Shown here: in pieces, positions 24,721 to 38,300 of the stretch
Layout of the letters: each line of letters starts with the position of its first letter
How positions within the stretch are numbered: the first letter of the stretch is position 1
The notes under the pieces: generated by a model
The model's database searches: none
The model's input: the letters and a program-made list of their open reading frames with translations, nothing else
Told to the model about the DNA's origin: nothing
Assembly (NCBI GenBank): GCA_051294375.1
Contig: CM119263.1
Span: 29,381,134 to 29,445,133 of the forward strand
Length of the DNA stretch: 64,000 nucleotides
Direction: 5' to 3'
Origin: Paraspadella gotoi
Lineage: Eukaryota > Animalia > Chaetognatha
Made by a program: the position numbers and the translations under genes

Positions 24721-27158
24721 CGAGGCAACGATATAGAAAGAGCGAGATTTTCTCGCGGCATGAAGTAGGCCTAGGGACATCTTCCTCAAAATAGGTTTTT
24801 CCCCCTTTTCTCTTTTTTTCTTTCTAAAACGAAAAAGGAGAGGAGGGAATAAACAGGGATTCTGAATTTTTCTCTTTCTCAAGAAAAAAAATAAAAAAAA
24901 AGTTTTGTTCTTTCCATATTCGATCGCCCCCCCCCTTTCTAGCCAATCCTCTAATCGCTCGTATTAATTTTTTTTTCATTCTCCACGAAAAGATGCTCCC
25001 AAACATAGAAACCAAAGATAAAGGTCAGGGAGCTTTTTATACCGAAGATTGATAAGAAACAGTGGGGAAATATGGAATTTAAAAAAAGAGCCGTTGTTCT
25101 TTTGAGACTTTTTGGTTGATTACATTAAGAACTTTGTTTCGATTTCCTCTTTTTCATTCAGAATGTGTGGGCTCGATGTTCTTAAGTAAAATCGATAGGG
25201 CGGCAAGCAGAAAACTAAAATAACTTATATTTAAGAGTTGTTGACTCACAAGCTGCTTGTAAAATATGCTCGGGTAAATTTTAATGTGGTAGATTTTACA
25301 CCTGGCTTAAAAGGCACCGTCTTTGGTTTATGGCACAAACGAGAAAAAAATATTAAAAACACATTGGAAGGAGATAGAAAATAGTGTAATGAAATTGGAA
25401 CAACCACTATAAAAATTATCCATTCATTTAAAAAATAAGCTATCTTTCCCCCGACTTTGGACAGGCTTTGGTGGTTTAAGGCCTCAATCACTCTTACAAG
25501 ATAATAATATCGGTTTGTTATAGCAAGAAAGAAAATTCAATGAGTTGGCATATTAATCATTTGTTGTCTTAGTAAAGCAGAAAAAAGTTAAAAGGAACCT
25601 TTGAAATATCTCAAAACCATAAATTATCAGAAGAAATTTGAAAAGAAAATTGAAAAAAAAATTCCTGACTTTAAAAATGGATTTTCGCCTAAGATCTGAA
25701 TAAAAGCCAAAACGAGGTAATCATGTAATGAAATTGGTACAACCAATATAATGTTTGACTCCTCCACGCGCGCTCGTTTTCTATAAAAGGATTATAAGTA
25801 TTGGGCATAAATATTTCATCAATGATCCTTACCTTTTCAAATGACGTTGGACAGTTTTTGGTGGTTTAAGCCTTCCTCCCTTGCTAGTTTAAATAGACAA
25901 CAAAGAAAGATTTTAATCAAAGCTATAAGCATTTTGAAAAGCATCTTGACTCTTGAGTCTTTTCTTGAATAAAAGTTGAAAAGATCAGACTTTTTATTCT
26001 TTTTAAAAAGTCGAGTTCCACGAAAAAATGACGGAACTATTCTCCTCCCTTTCCCTCATTTCTCACAACCCGTTTCTTTAATTCCCTCGCCCTGAAAAAG
26101 ATTCCTAATAACCGCCGCTGGGGGCGCTGCACTCTGAGTTCCCTCCGTCCCGTCTCAAAGACGGCGGAGGATCGCTTAACCCTTTTTTCTTCTTCCTCTT
26201 TTCTGCGCAGTCGATCGAGATTAATCCCGCCGCCGCCGCCGCCGACCAAGGAAAGTCGGTAACTGGGACAACTAAGAAAAAAAAAGAGGGCAACACCGAA
26301 TTTACCCGTCCCCACGTCTTTTGTTTTTCTCATTATTTTTTCATGATCGACGGGGAATTAAAAGAAAACTAACAACGAATTTAACGAAACGAAAAATTAA
26401 ATTTAAGTTTACTTGGGTTTAACTTTAAAGGAAAATGCGACATGATTAAGTGCTGAAGTACAGAGCGAGCTTTATTGTGTACTGTCAAACGTTTTGAAAG
26501 CAAAATAGTTTTTTAATAATTAATAATTTCCGTAACAAGAGTAACGTAAAAAATAATGTCATCTTTAGATTCTTTATCACATACTTGAACTAAAAACTTG
26601 AGAGCAGCTTCCAAAGGCAAGATGGTCTTTTCAGGGAATGCTGTCAGGTTAGTTTTTAACGAGCTTTTGAAATTTAATTTTAATTTTGCTTAGGAAGTAC
26701 AATATGAATATCAAATATTTAAAATGGCTTCTTAATATCATGCTCCTGTTTTTATAATTATCATGGATGCACGCATGCAATATTTCCTTAGCGAGCTATC
26801 TTCTTTTACGGATCATATCTCTCTTTCTCTCTCTCGCATAAATCTACTAGCATTTTTATTAATTTCAACGTAACTTTATAAATTTTTTATAATTTGAGTA
26901 ATAATTCGTCGCGCATTTAATGGGTTGCTTTATTTTTTATATATAATACTATTTTAAATAACGCATTGGCATACCTAAACTAAAAATCGTCCAAAGCCCA
27001 AATAGTAATTTAACATTGCAATAAAAAAAAGCAAATTACTACTGGAACTGAATAAATTTTAATTTTGGCAACAAAATCAATGTCTCTCGGTCGAGGCAGT
27101 TAGTCTTCAAGCAGCACTCCCGCGGTCTCGAAGTCTCAATTCCGCACAAAAAAATCCG

Positions 27159-30100
27159 TCAGACTTTGCGGACGAACGCCACAACTTCATCCATGAATTC
27201 AGCCGGTTTTTGAGAGTGGACCCAATGTCCGGCTCCCTGCGGATCGGATTTGTTTCTTCGTTTGATTGTTTCAATAAAAGTGACGATTGTCAGCGATATT
27301 CCGCCCGATTAGAAAAGATGAGCTCTTCTCACCTGTAAGTGTTTGACGACGGCTTTCGGGAAGAAGCGACGAATGTCGGGCAAATCCTCGTCGGTCACGT
27401 AAGAAGAATCCGCACCGCAGAGGAACAACGTTGCGTCTGCAAAAAATTAAATGATTAAACAAATTACTAATGTAACAAATTTAAAGTTAGTAAATATTAA
27501 ATAGCTTCGTGCATCATTTTACTTCATAAAATGATCCTAATGATAAAAAAAGTGACCACCAAATATCCGCCTTCGAACGACTAACACTCCTCAATCCACA
27601 ACTATTACTGCTTAACACGTGACCGACCGACCGACCCCCCCCCAATAAAAAAAATCGAAAATAAGAGACCCACCTTTATAATTTTTATGAGGTAGGGATT
27701 CGGGGAAAAGCATAATGTTCATGAATTCGTTGGCGAAGGCGGTCAAGTTGACTCGGAAGCAAAAAGGGGAATCTCCGTCGGCCGCGGGCACCTGATATAA
27801 ATGTTGATGTTGTGGTTCGTCAAAGGTCAAACACGTTCGAGTTACCAAATTCATAAAATACAAAATAAGTTTTATTAATTAGTATACTTGCCAGAAAAAT
27901 AAACGCAAATTAAGTTTTTTTTGATGGGATGAAGTAGATCAATTAACTCACCGGCCAGCCACACGTCACCGAACTATCTTTAGCTGAGAGGTTCGTCAAA
28001 AGGAAAGCCCGGATGCCGGCCTCAGGCGCCGTCCACGTCAACTGCTCGTCCGCTTCTTTTCGCGCCTGAAAAAATAACAGAAGTACATAACACATAGCAA
28101 TGAATTAAACACGGAAACTTTTCATAAATTGTTTTACGCTTTCTTTGCGTGGATTAAAAGATAGAAAAAATCAAAGCGGAAAGAGTGCCACTTCTCAATC
28201 TCAAATGACATAATTTGTGGGAAAGTCTTTTTTTGGCAGTAACAATGAGTAACATCAAATACAATTGAAACATTCTTTGAAACATTATACTCTAACAAAG
28301 TCAAGGGTAAGATAGCTTATTTATTAAATGGATGGATAATTTTAATATTGGTTGTACCAATATCATTTCATTTAAAAAAATCTTAAAAGCATAAGGATCG
28401 TCGCAATCGCATGAGAAAAATCTGGATTGACGACAAATTTTGATACTAAAAAAAATGAAATTTGAGAAAAGAAAATTAATTTATAAACAGAAAGAAAAAG
28501 AATAAAAATGAGAGAAAAAATAGAAAGGAAAAAGAATAGAAAGGAGAGAAAGAAAAAGAAGGTAAGAAAGAATATAAAGAAAGAATAGAAAGGAAAGAAA
28601 GAATAGAAAGGAAAGAAAGAATAGAAAGGAAAGAAAGAATAGAAAGGAAAGAAAGAATAGAAAGGAAAGAAAGAATAGAAAGGAAAGAAAAAATAGAAAG
28701 GAAAAAAGAATAGAAAGGAAAAAAGAATAGAAAGGAAAAAAGAATAGAAAAGAAAGAAAAAAGAAAAAGGAAAAAAAGAATAGAAAGGAAAGTAAAAATA
28801 AAAAAGAAAGAATAGAAAGGAAAGAAAGAATAGAAAGGAAAGAAAAGAAAGAATAGAAAGGAAAAAAAGAAGAGAAGGAAAAAAAGAAGAGAAAGGAAAA
28901 AAAGAAAAATAAAAATAAAAAGAGTGACGAGAAGAAAGAACGAAATAAAAAACCGATGTTGTGATAGCAAAATGATAACATGCACGAATGCGATGCCTAA
29001 TTTTACGAGTTCAATCATAATTCAATTTTTTTTTTAATAAAAACGCAGAGAGAGAGAGAGAAGCCAAATCGTTTTCGGATGAATCAGCAGAAGCAGCAGG
29101 AGAAGAGAGAGAAAAAGAGAGAGCCCCTGCAGAGCCCAAGGAATCAGCGACTGGGAAAAAGAGAGAGAGAGAGCTACATATAATTAAAAGAGAAAAGAGA
29201 GAAAGAGACATGAAAAATAAAAGTAGAGCAAATTTGTTTGTTTTGATAAAACGTAAACAAAACGTATTTAATAAACGTCCTCACCCAATTTCAAGGACCT
29301 CGATGATGAGAAGCTGTATATGAATTTTCAGCTTCATACACCCAAATTTAATCTTCAAAAAGGCGATCTATAAATTGGAACGCCGACGATGACAACGACG
29401 ACGACGACGCCACTTATGTGCAAAAGCGTTACGATATCGTCGCAAAGCGATTGCGACGATAAAAAGAAAAGGTCGAAGCTCTCCAAAAACCTCTTTCACC
29501 TGTGACATGGTGAGTGACGAAGATGAGAGCTTGATTTTCTTCATGGCTTCGATGTAGTTGGGGATGATGCCGATGGAGGAACTGATTCGCGGAGAAATGT
29601 CACCGACGATCAGAGCCTCCACGAGCTCTGGTCGAGTCAGCGCTAGAGTCATCATAATTTTCCCTGAAATATTTAAAATAATATATATTATGTTTAAAAC
29701 ATTAAACCGACAATCATTGGTCAAATTTAGTACATTTTCTAATGCCGGCCTCGTTACCTCCCATACTGTGCCCCAACATGATGGCTTTTTTTAGGCCGAC
29801 CCCTTCCATGTAAGCCGATACGTCCTCGGCCATTTCCGGATAAGTCATGACGGGTGAGTGAGGACTGTCACCGTGATTTCTCGCGTCTAACGTAATCATC
29901 GTTCGGTTTAATCTGTCAATGGACAATTGGACATATTGACGTCAAAATGGACAAAAGTGAGTCTTAAAAAAATCCGCACAACTCGCCTTTGGCTCAACGA
30001 CTTGGCGATCGAGGTCCAGTTCTGTTTGCTCCCGAAAATTCCGTGCAAGATGATGACGGGAGAGGGATTGCTGGTGGCGGAGGGCGGATCGCCGAAGACA

Positions 30101-30406
30101 GTGTGAGAAAGGGTCACCGCGGTTCGAGCTTGACACCATTCTCGGCCGGCTTTCTCTTGAGGTTAAAAAAAAAAGGAAAATTTAAACGACACGTACCATA
30201 TAAGAAACCTCAATAAATCTAGCTATACCAAATTTAATATTCGATATATTTAACAACAATCGTTTGACAATTTCTACTTATTCTTTTACCAAATCGCGAT
30301 GGACGCTCCAAATCGCCAACTCTTTCGGCTTCAACCGTTCGAAAAGCCTCCGACCGTGACAACTGTCGAATATTTTCGACAGGAGTTGTCTACTAGAGTT
30401 CAGCAT
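27159..30406 (-). CDS. ABHD11: Alpha/beta hydrolase domain-containing protein 11 (mitochondrial)
   Basis: Exons give an MLNSSRQLLSKIF.. basic presequence, ILHGIFGSKQNW, LDARNHGDSPH, GHSMGGKIMMTLAL..VGDISP, FRVNL, and GAGHWVHSQKPAEF..RKV* (TGA 27159-27161). Confidence 0.92.
28374..29466 (-). mobile_element. DINE-1/HINE-like non-autonomous Helentron-associated element (ABHD11 intron)
   Basis: Subterminal IR atcgtcgcaatcgc/gcgattgcgacgat, adjacent partial IR hairpin, (GTC)n microsatellite, terminal CTTA..TAAG stem then T-run, internal 18-bp array (aaagaatagaaaggaaag)n. Closely similar ends recur at 40.1 and 46.2 kb. Confidence 0.7.
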
Positions 30407-30518
30407 GTCTAAAATTAAAAATCTAGAAAAAGGATTAAACATCCGGTGACATTAAGAAATAATAATTCGGGACTCAATTTCTTAAGAAAAAACAGAAATA
30501 TACGTGCGTGTATAATAC

Positions 30519-31264
30519 AGAAGGCTTCATATTATAAAATGTGGTACCCATTTTTTGTGACCAGAATCTGTTCCCATCAAACTACCCGATCAAATTTAAT
30601 GAAATTTTACATTTAGAGTGCTAATGACTATATAAATGGAACTATCGAGGCGAATTTTGATATTCAACCCCTGACAAGAGATACAGGGCCCTGAGGGTGG
30701 ACCCCTGGGGCGCCAAAAAATGCTAAAATTTTTTTTTTCATTTTTCAAAAATTGTTAGTAGCATCAGGTGCATTGACGTTTTAAACATAAGAAAAAAACA
30801 TTTTAGAACTAAAATTGATAAATTTGCAATAATTAAACATGGTTGAAGAAGCATGGTTCATCGTTTTACTTCCAATTTTCCCAAATTATTCCAAATCTGA
30901 CCAACTACTGACGTTCACGAAGCTAAAAATTGAGGTAAATGAATATTTTTTAGGTAATGAATACGTTTTTGTGGAAGAGTAAACGTCTGTGCAACTGTTC
31001 AAAACAAAAATAATAAAAAAATTTGAAAAAATTTTTGACCATTTTTTGCCCCCATGGGTGACCCCCCGGGGGGCCCATATCTCGGCTCAGCGGTCAAATA
31101 TTGAAATTCGCCTCGATAGTTTTATTAGTATTCACATAGGGATCGTTAATTCCAAATTTCAATACATTTGGTCCAGTAGTTTTCTCGGAACGTGTTCTGG
31201 TCACAAAAAAGGGGTACTGTGGAAATACCGCCTCAGTACCACATTTTATAATATGAAGCCTTCT
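30519..31264. mobile_element. Foldback MITE between KRTCAP2 and ABHD11
   Basis: Perfect 29-bp TIR agaaggcttcatattataaaatgtggtac extending into ~200-bp imperfect inverted arms; AT-rich flanks; superfamily not assigned. Confidence 0.75.
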
Positions 31265-31329
31265 ATATATCTATTTTCACTAGACAAAAACGGAATGTTC
31301 CCGACAAAAGCGGGGTTTAAACTAGTCGA

Positions 31330-32184
31330 TTATTTTCTCTTCTTTTTCTTCATGGCGTCGAGGTCGGCGCCGGCGGCGAGGACGGGCACGGCGTACTTGG
31401 CCGCCGCCAACCGGTTGATGAAGAAAGTGGCGGCGAGACAAGAGATGAGGCAGACGGTGACGCAGACGCGGTGAACCATGCCCGAGGCGAAGAGGGAGAG
31501 ACCCACGGCGATCGCCACCTGCCGCGGGCAGAACGATTATCTTTTTAACTCAGCAAGGTTTCACTGGATTCACGTTAGATCTTTTAATTATATCAATAAA
31601 TAATTATAAATCTAAATGAGCTGAATCTAAAAAAAAATGATTTAAAACGTGAGAAAAGGTTTAATAAAAGTAGGTATGTAAGTAACAAATCTCTGAGAAA
31701 AAACATATGGGGGCGTCTGGGGGATATGCGGGCATAGCAATATAATAGTAAATAGTAATGCAAAATCATTAAGAAAAACCGAATCAAAAAACGCCCAACA
31801 AAAAATGAAATCGATACAAAATCCACAGGAGATTAGGAAACAATCTACAATCGTTCTCACTGCCAGCTACTCTCTCACCTCGGGAAAAATTTTAGCTTGA
31901 AATCCTCGACCGAAAATGGCCATCTCCAAATTACTGATGGCCGTCAATAGGAAAACGAAGAGCTGAGAACCTTGAATGACAGGTTAAAATTCACATTAAT
32001 GAGCAGGTTTGTAATCAACGCATCCAAGAATCCAATCTAGCAATTTCAAGTCACCGAGAAGGCCTCCCACGATGGTTCCCCACTTGGTAGACGCTAGCGG
32101 GACTTTGTACAACTGCATCCCGGCAAAGACGACCAACGCGAGAGTTATTGCCAGCAGGAAGCTGTTGTAAGAGCTCACTGCCAT
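31330..32184 (-). CDS. KRTCAP2: Keratinocyte-associated protein 2 (OST subunit KCP2)
   Basis: Three phase-compatible exons: 32055-32184, 31879-31970, 31330-31518. [60 protein letters not shown]-terminal KKKKRK. Confidence 0.93.
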
Positions 32185-32379
32185 TTTTGACGGTATTTAC
32201 TAGTTTTCACTGACAAGCTGTAAGGAAAATCGGGAAGTCGAGTTTCGATAATGAACATTTTTCACGATGATCAAACACAAAAGTTATGAAAGTATAAACT
32301 AATTAATCCGCATATAGAAAAAAATTACACTTTCGCAGTAAAAATTCCCAATGTTTATTGTTTAATCGTCAGATAAGCT

Positions 32380-35300
32380 TTATTTCCTTTCCAATTCGAT
32401 TCCAAAAATGGTCTCCAGCGTCGCGGGCAACTCTTTCAGGTCGGCGATCCTATGACAATCGTCTCTGGCGCGACATTCGGCGTCACGCGCGGCGTCTTCG
32501 TCGGCGGCGTCGACCCAAACTACGGCCTTGGCGCCCGCCTCGATGGCGACGCGAACGTCGGTCGTCCAATCGTCGCCGATGACGACGGTCTCGCTCAATG
32601 AGACGCCGAGACGCGACGCGGCGAAGCGAAGGGATTCGGGGTCGGGCTTTTGCCAGGGATGGTCGCCGCAGACGATGACCGCTTCGAAGAAGGACGGGGT
32701 GCCCGTTCGCTTGCCAACAAAATGGAACAAAAGTAATCAAGGATGTCCACGTATCCAGGACCTTCAAAGGTCTTGTGACAAAAACATACGCTAAAAGTCA
32801 CACTTAAAATATTAGCCTTAACTGTAATTAAAAAGTTTGGAAATATGATCAATTGATGATTCATAAACTTTAAAGCATTTACTTGCAACTTTTCCCACTG
32901 GACTTTGCTTGGTCCGTTGGTCAGCAAACCCAAAGCGAAATTTTTACGAAGGCTGAGAAGTAATTGTTTGACGTCATCGCTCAAAATCAAAGCTTCCAAT
33001 CTTCTCTCTTTCCAAACGTTGTAGATGGTCACAGATTGTGATTCAGTGATTTTTCCCGGACCTGAGTAAAGATTAACTCTGTGTATTCAATTTTTTCATC
33101 TAAATTTTCCAACACCCATCGATCGACTACTATGTCTATAAAATATATTCAAATTACAACAAATCAAGAAATTAAAAAAAATTTTCTCCCCCCCAAAATG
33201 TTTTTACGAAAATATTTAAATCAAAGAAATATGCAAAGCACAATTTCTACTTAAAACTAACCAGCAACAAAATTTAACTAATTTGGCGGATGCTTGAATC
33301 ACAGAAAAAATAATTATAATAATAATTGCCTGTCGTATTTTTCTTCGTAAGCAGTTATCGCATCGCATCTGCTCGTCCAGAGATCATGTGTAACATTTCG
33401 TTGTAGGGTTGTAATCAAAATTAGCCATAGATGTATATTAACGTTAATTTGAAAGCAGAGTTAGATTTAAATTTAAATTTCGGCACGGACCATTCCAGAC
33501 ACAAGGGGTCATTTTTGACAAAATGCAGTCCTTGAACATAAAGAAACCTAATCATACTAGCTTTTCAAGTTATTATTATGTAACGACTGAGAAATGAGGT
33601 AACAGAAAAAATTGTCGCTTACGAAACTGGAACAGCTGCCAAATTGTGAGTTATTTTATACACTATAGTTTTATCCCGGTTCCTGTTTTGAAAGCTAAAC
33701 ATTTTTTTTCCATGTTACCGTGACATAAGGAAAAACGCGTTTGTTTACGAAAATTATTTTTTTATTTTATTTAAGAAGAAAAAGCAACGAAAAAAAAATG
33801 TGACGACGTTGATTCGATGAAGAAAAAAAAATTTTCCCTTCCGACCACGCGACAAAAGTCAGGCGCTAGAGGTCGGAACAAATAGTAGTAGAAACAACCA
33901 CCAAAATTAATTTTTCAGTTGAAAAGTAATCAATGACGTATGGTTTAAAAGAAGGAATATAGAAACTAATTTCATTCTTTAAGATCCAAAGATATCGTTA
34001 TCCTTAGCTTTCTCTCGCTCCAAAAACTCTTTACTCCATGGAGAAAGAGTAACCAAGAATCGCGTACTTATTTACAACCAGAAGCGAAGCCTTTCTTGCG
34101 CCTCGCTTTCCCTTTTTGTTATCTTTTCTTCGGATTAGTTAATCCATTATTCTAAATACCATCGTTCCCACCCTCCCCTTAAAGTCATCCGTCAAAGGGG
34201 TTCGTCTCGTCAAGCGTTGGCGTGGCCTCGTCTAACGTCGGCGTCACGGATCTTTCTCGGCGCCTTTCCCCGACGGGATCCTCGGTTGCTTTATCTTCTT
34301 GAAGCTTGGTCGTCGTCCCAGAAGGCTGAGCGGCCCGCGTGAGCACCGCGCCCGCGGGAATCGTCAAGGTCAAGCCCCCAACCGACAACGTCAGTGGACC
34401 TGACGTCGGCGCAACGCCCCCTGCTTCCGACGACGTCGCAGAGGCACCGACGAGGTTCGGCGATCGTTCCCGACTCACTCCCGACGGAGACTCGACCGCC
34501 GCCGACTCCGAAGGCAGGGCGCCGACGCCAGACGCGCGCTGTAGCCCGGCCAGCAGCGCAGCCATAAGATCGACACCCGTCTGGGTGGGCGCGGGGGCGG
34601 AGGAAGAGGCAACTTCGCGAGGGAGCGTGGAATCGATCGTCGACGCCGTCGGTGGCGCCGCGACGTTCAGAACTAACGGGACGTCGGTCTCGCTCGGTGA
34701 CGCCATCGACGTAGCGGTGGCGTCAGCGGTGGTCAAAGTCGTCGTCTTGTCGCTACTACCCGCTTCTACTTTGTTAGGGAGTAAACTAGAAAGGAGACCT
34801 AACCCCGTAAGGCGCTGCGGACTCTCGCCGCGAGACGACGGCGCCGCCGCCGACGCCGCCGCAGCGGGCCTCGACTCGACCGGAGTATTCGCTTTACTCA
34901 ACACTTTGGCAATATTCAAAGGCAATGACAGCGAGTTGACAGGGACGACAGATGCGGTAGTCGCAGAAACAGATTTAGTAGCAGACGGTACAATAGGCAC
35001 ATCTTTATCCCCCGTAACAACAAGCGGCGAAACACATTTTCCGCCTTCAAAACCACTGGACAAAATGGCATCGGAAACAAAAGGCTTCTTCTGACTCGAG
35101 GCTTCTTCTCCAGTTGATTCCGTTGATATTCCTTCGTATCCGACAGACGCTTCTTCCTCTTTCCTCTGAGCAGAGTTCTCTCTTTTGCAGTTTTCTTTCC
35201 ACGCAGTTCCGCCGGAGAGTTCCGCCGGGGGAATCGGAGCTCCCTCCTCCATCGAAGTCTGATCCAGCTGCAGAAGCGACTCGCCCTCTCCGCTGCTGTT

Positions 35301-38300
35301 GCTGTCGTCGTAGTCCATGGCCACTTCCGGCGGGAGGGCGGAGATGGGCGGGATTTCCTCGAGCGAGATCGGAGGAGGAGAAGCGGAGCCCTTGATCGGC
35401 GGAGGTTCGATCGAGGGCGATTTGCGGCGAGGCTTGGGGGTCGACTCCACGGGAGGCTGAAAGGACGGCGTTGTGACCACAGAAGATTCTAAAATGGAAG
35501 TCTGAAAAGAAAAGGAAAGGAAGATTAGGGATGAAAAATTGATGATAATTCAAGCTCTCCTTTCACTTACCTCTTTAAAATCCTCGTAACAGACTGGATG
35601 GTAAGTCCTCTCCTTGATTCTCAGCGCGTCCTTGAGATGCCATTCTTCTTCGTCTTCGTCCCAAAATTGCTCGAAAGCCTCGCCGCATATTTCGCAGGCC
35701 TGAGAAAAGGTGAGAAAAGACTCGTTCACGAATTAACAGATTATTGTTATTATTATTTATTATTATCATCATTATTAACACTCACCGAGTCGCCCTCGCG
35801 ATCTTCCGCCACCGGGCAACTCACGATCTCGCTCTCCGCCGGCTGACGATTCGACGCCGCCATCCCTTCGAAGAAGCTCGAAGACGCTGCGAGGAAAAGA
35901 GAAACAATACGAGGTATACTTCATAAACGATCACAGTATTTCCTTGGGGTTATACTGCAAGAAATACTTCTCTAGAGGTGGAGAACCGTAGATCAATTCG
36001 AACGGCAAATGAGGAGAAATTAATGATGAATAAAATACAATATGATAGAACATAACATTATTTCACCAGAGGGCTATAAATGTCACTCCTGTGAATCTTA
36101 CCTTTGTTCAAGTGCGCTTGATCAAATGGGCAGCAATAAAAAGATTAGTTAAAGAAATATGCATATTGTAATGCCACAAAGGAGAGAGCCGTTCCCTTAA
36201 TTTTAAGGAAAATGTAACAAATTAAATTCGACCCAAAAATACAATTCTTTTGATTTGCACAAACGAATTGCTGGCTTTCAACTTTTTACTTCCCTTAGCT
36301 AAAGTTGAACATTTTTCAAACTTAGGCCTATTCAATTAAATTGTGCAGCAAACTTAAAAATCGCAATACAAATTCAAAAAAAGGAGCCTCCTCCCCTGGA
36401 TCCAACCTGCTTCGTCGAGTTCGGAAATCTCTTCAAACTGGATCCACTCTTCAAGAGCATAGTACCACTTTCGGCTGGAGGCCTTGCGGTTGGCTTCCTG
36501 ATCCCGACGGAACTGGCGAAAATGCCAGTCCAGATGCGGGGCGTAGGCGGAGGCCCGATCAGAGCTGAAACGGACCCCGCAGGTGGAGCACTGAGAGCCG
36601 CGATATAACACGGAGATAGCGCTATCGTAACGGCTGCAAAAAAAATAAAGTTTTTTTACGATTGATGATTATAAAAAGTTTTGAGAAAAAAAAAGGCCGT
36701 CAGGCCCACATTTCACGTAAACTCACATCTTGAGCTTGTTAATGTCCCAATCGAGCAACGACGGCGCCGGCTTCGTCTTTTTCATTACCGGCTCGTCGAA
36801 TCTCTTCGACTCTGGATTCAATTCTGAAAAAAAAAAAGAAAAAAAAAAAGAAACTGATAACATGTGAAAAACAGTTAAAAAAAACAAAAAAACCCAAAAG
36901 AACCGAATGGCGATCAGATTATCTCCCTGATGTTTTCACGAGGATTCATCGTTGCAAAAATCATCATTGTAAGTTAGTAAAACGCAAAATATACAATAGA
37001 AACTGAACACAAAAACCTCACCTCTCCCACTCTCCCCGGACGGCTGCGGCGTCTGATCGGCCACGAATTGAGCGTTGGTCGATACGACGCTCGAGTCTTG
37101 AGCCTCGAAATCGGGCCCGCCGGCTTTGGCGGCGTTGAGGCCCAACTCTTGCTGCTTCTTGTTGATGATGCCGGCGGCGACTAGTTTTTCGAAGAGTTGG
37201 GTGACGTCGCTACCGCCCGACGCCGGAACTGAATTAGAAATATTAAAAATATATTAAAATTACACCAATATTTGAATTTAAATTTGAGCCCGTCCTTTAA
37301 CTTCAGTCATATTCAACAAAACAACAGCACCTGAAGCCTGAGGCGGCAGCAGCAGGGAAAGAGGGTCGAGCGGCGCGGCAGGGGCAGCAGGGGCAGCTGC
37401 GGGAGCCGTCTCGGTCTGCGGCATCGCCCCGGGAACAGAGACGTTGGGAAAACCGGAAGCGGGAAGGGAAGCGCTCATGAACGGAGGCGGTTTCAATTCG
37501 GGTACATCGTTTGAAGACATCGCCGGCGGAATAGGCGGGGGCGGCGGCAGGGGAAGATCTGATTGCTGCTGCTGTTGTTGTTGCTGTTGTGAGGAAGCGG
37601 CAACAACCGTCTCGGTCGAGGTTTCATTCTTCTCCGTCTTGGCGGCCTTTTGACTCGTGGAATACTTTTTAGGCCCGTGTTGAAGGACGATAGGTTTCCC
37701 GTTTTCTGGATCAGTGGGACCTAGGATCTTGACCTCGGGGACGGGAGATTCCAACCGCAACTGATGGGTCTTCCCTCCGAACACCACCGGTCGATCCATT
37801 CCGTCAAAGTCAACGTTGAAAATTTTTCCGTCGATGATGACCTCGTGAAAAGGACCGCCTGGACCCCCAAACAAAGAAAATCGAGGCGAGAGTTAATGCA
37901 AACATATAATATGAAATATACTGACATTAGTGACATAAAACCGACCAAAGGCGGCTTCGAAGTGTCGGTGATCGATCTTGATCCGCATCGGTCGATTCAT
38001 CGGTAACGAATAAGCCACCCCGTCGACGAAGATCTCCCTCGGCGGACCATCGAACTGAATCCCGTGAGGAACTAGTTTTTGTGCCCCGAGAGGCGGCGCC
38101 GCGTTGGGTGGATAAGTGGGCGGGACGAGGACGACGGGGATCACGCCTTCGAAGGACATCTCGCGGATGACGCCGTCGATGACGATTTGACGAGGAGGCG
38201 GGTCGAAACGGATCTGATGGGTCGAACCCTGAGCAATCGTCGAGTGGGCGGGGGGGGGGAAGGGAAGAAGAAAGACGAAATTTAACGGAGTGAAAAAAAA

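Noticed and set aside
18337-26333. Assorted ORFs upstream of the zinc-finger gene
   Set aside because: Dominated by microsatellite and poly-A/T translations; consistent with UTR or regulatory DNA.
27060-27161. Stop-codon readthrough or selenocysteine at the ABHD11 TGA-CGG
   Set aside because: The protein ends where orthologues end; no SECIS or conserved extension recognised.
28560-28860. Regular repeats resembling a CRISPR array
   Set aside because: Head-to-tail low-complexity units without unique spacers; eukaryotic context.
28476-29018. Hydrophobic ORFs with FLSILS/LFFLSF repeats (also 40178-40504)
   Set aside because: Translations of an 18-bp tandem array within HINE-like elements; open in several frames.
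34339-35094. Long + strand ORFs antisense to GC-rich exons (also within EPRS, CDK5RAP3, ETFBKMT)
   Set aside because: Shadow ORFs expected from codon bias; no recognisable motifs.
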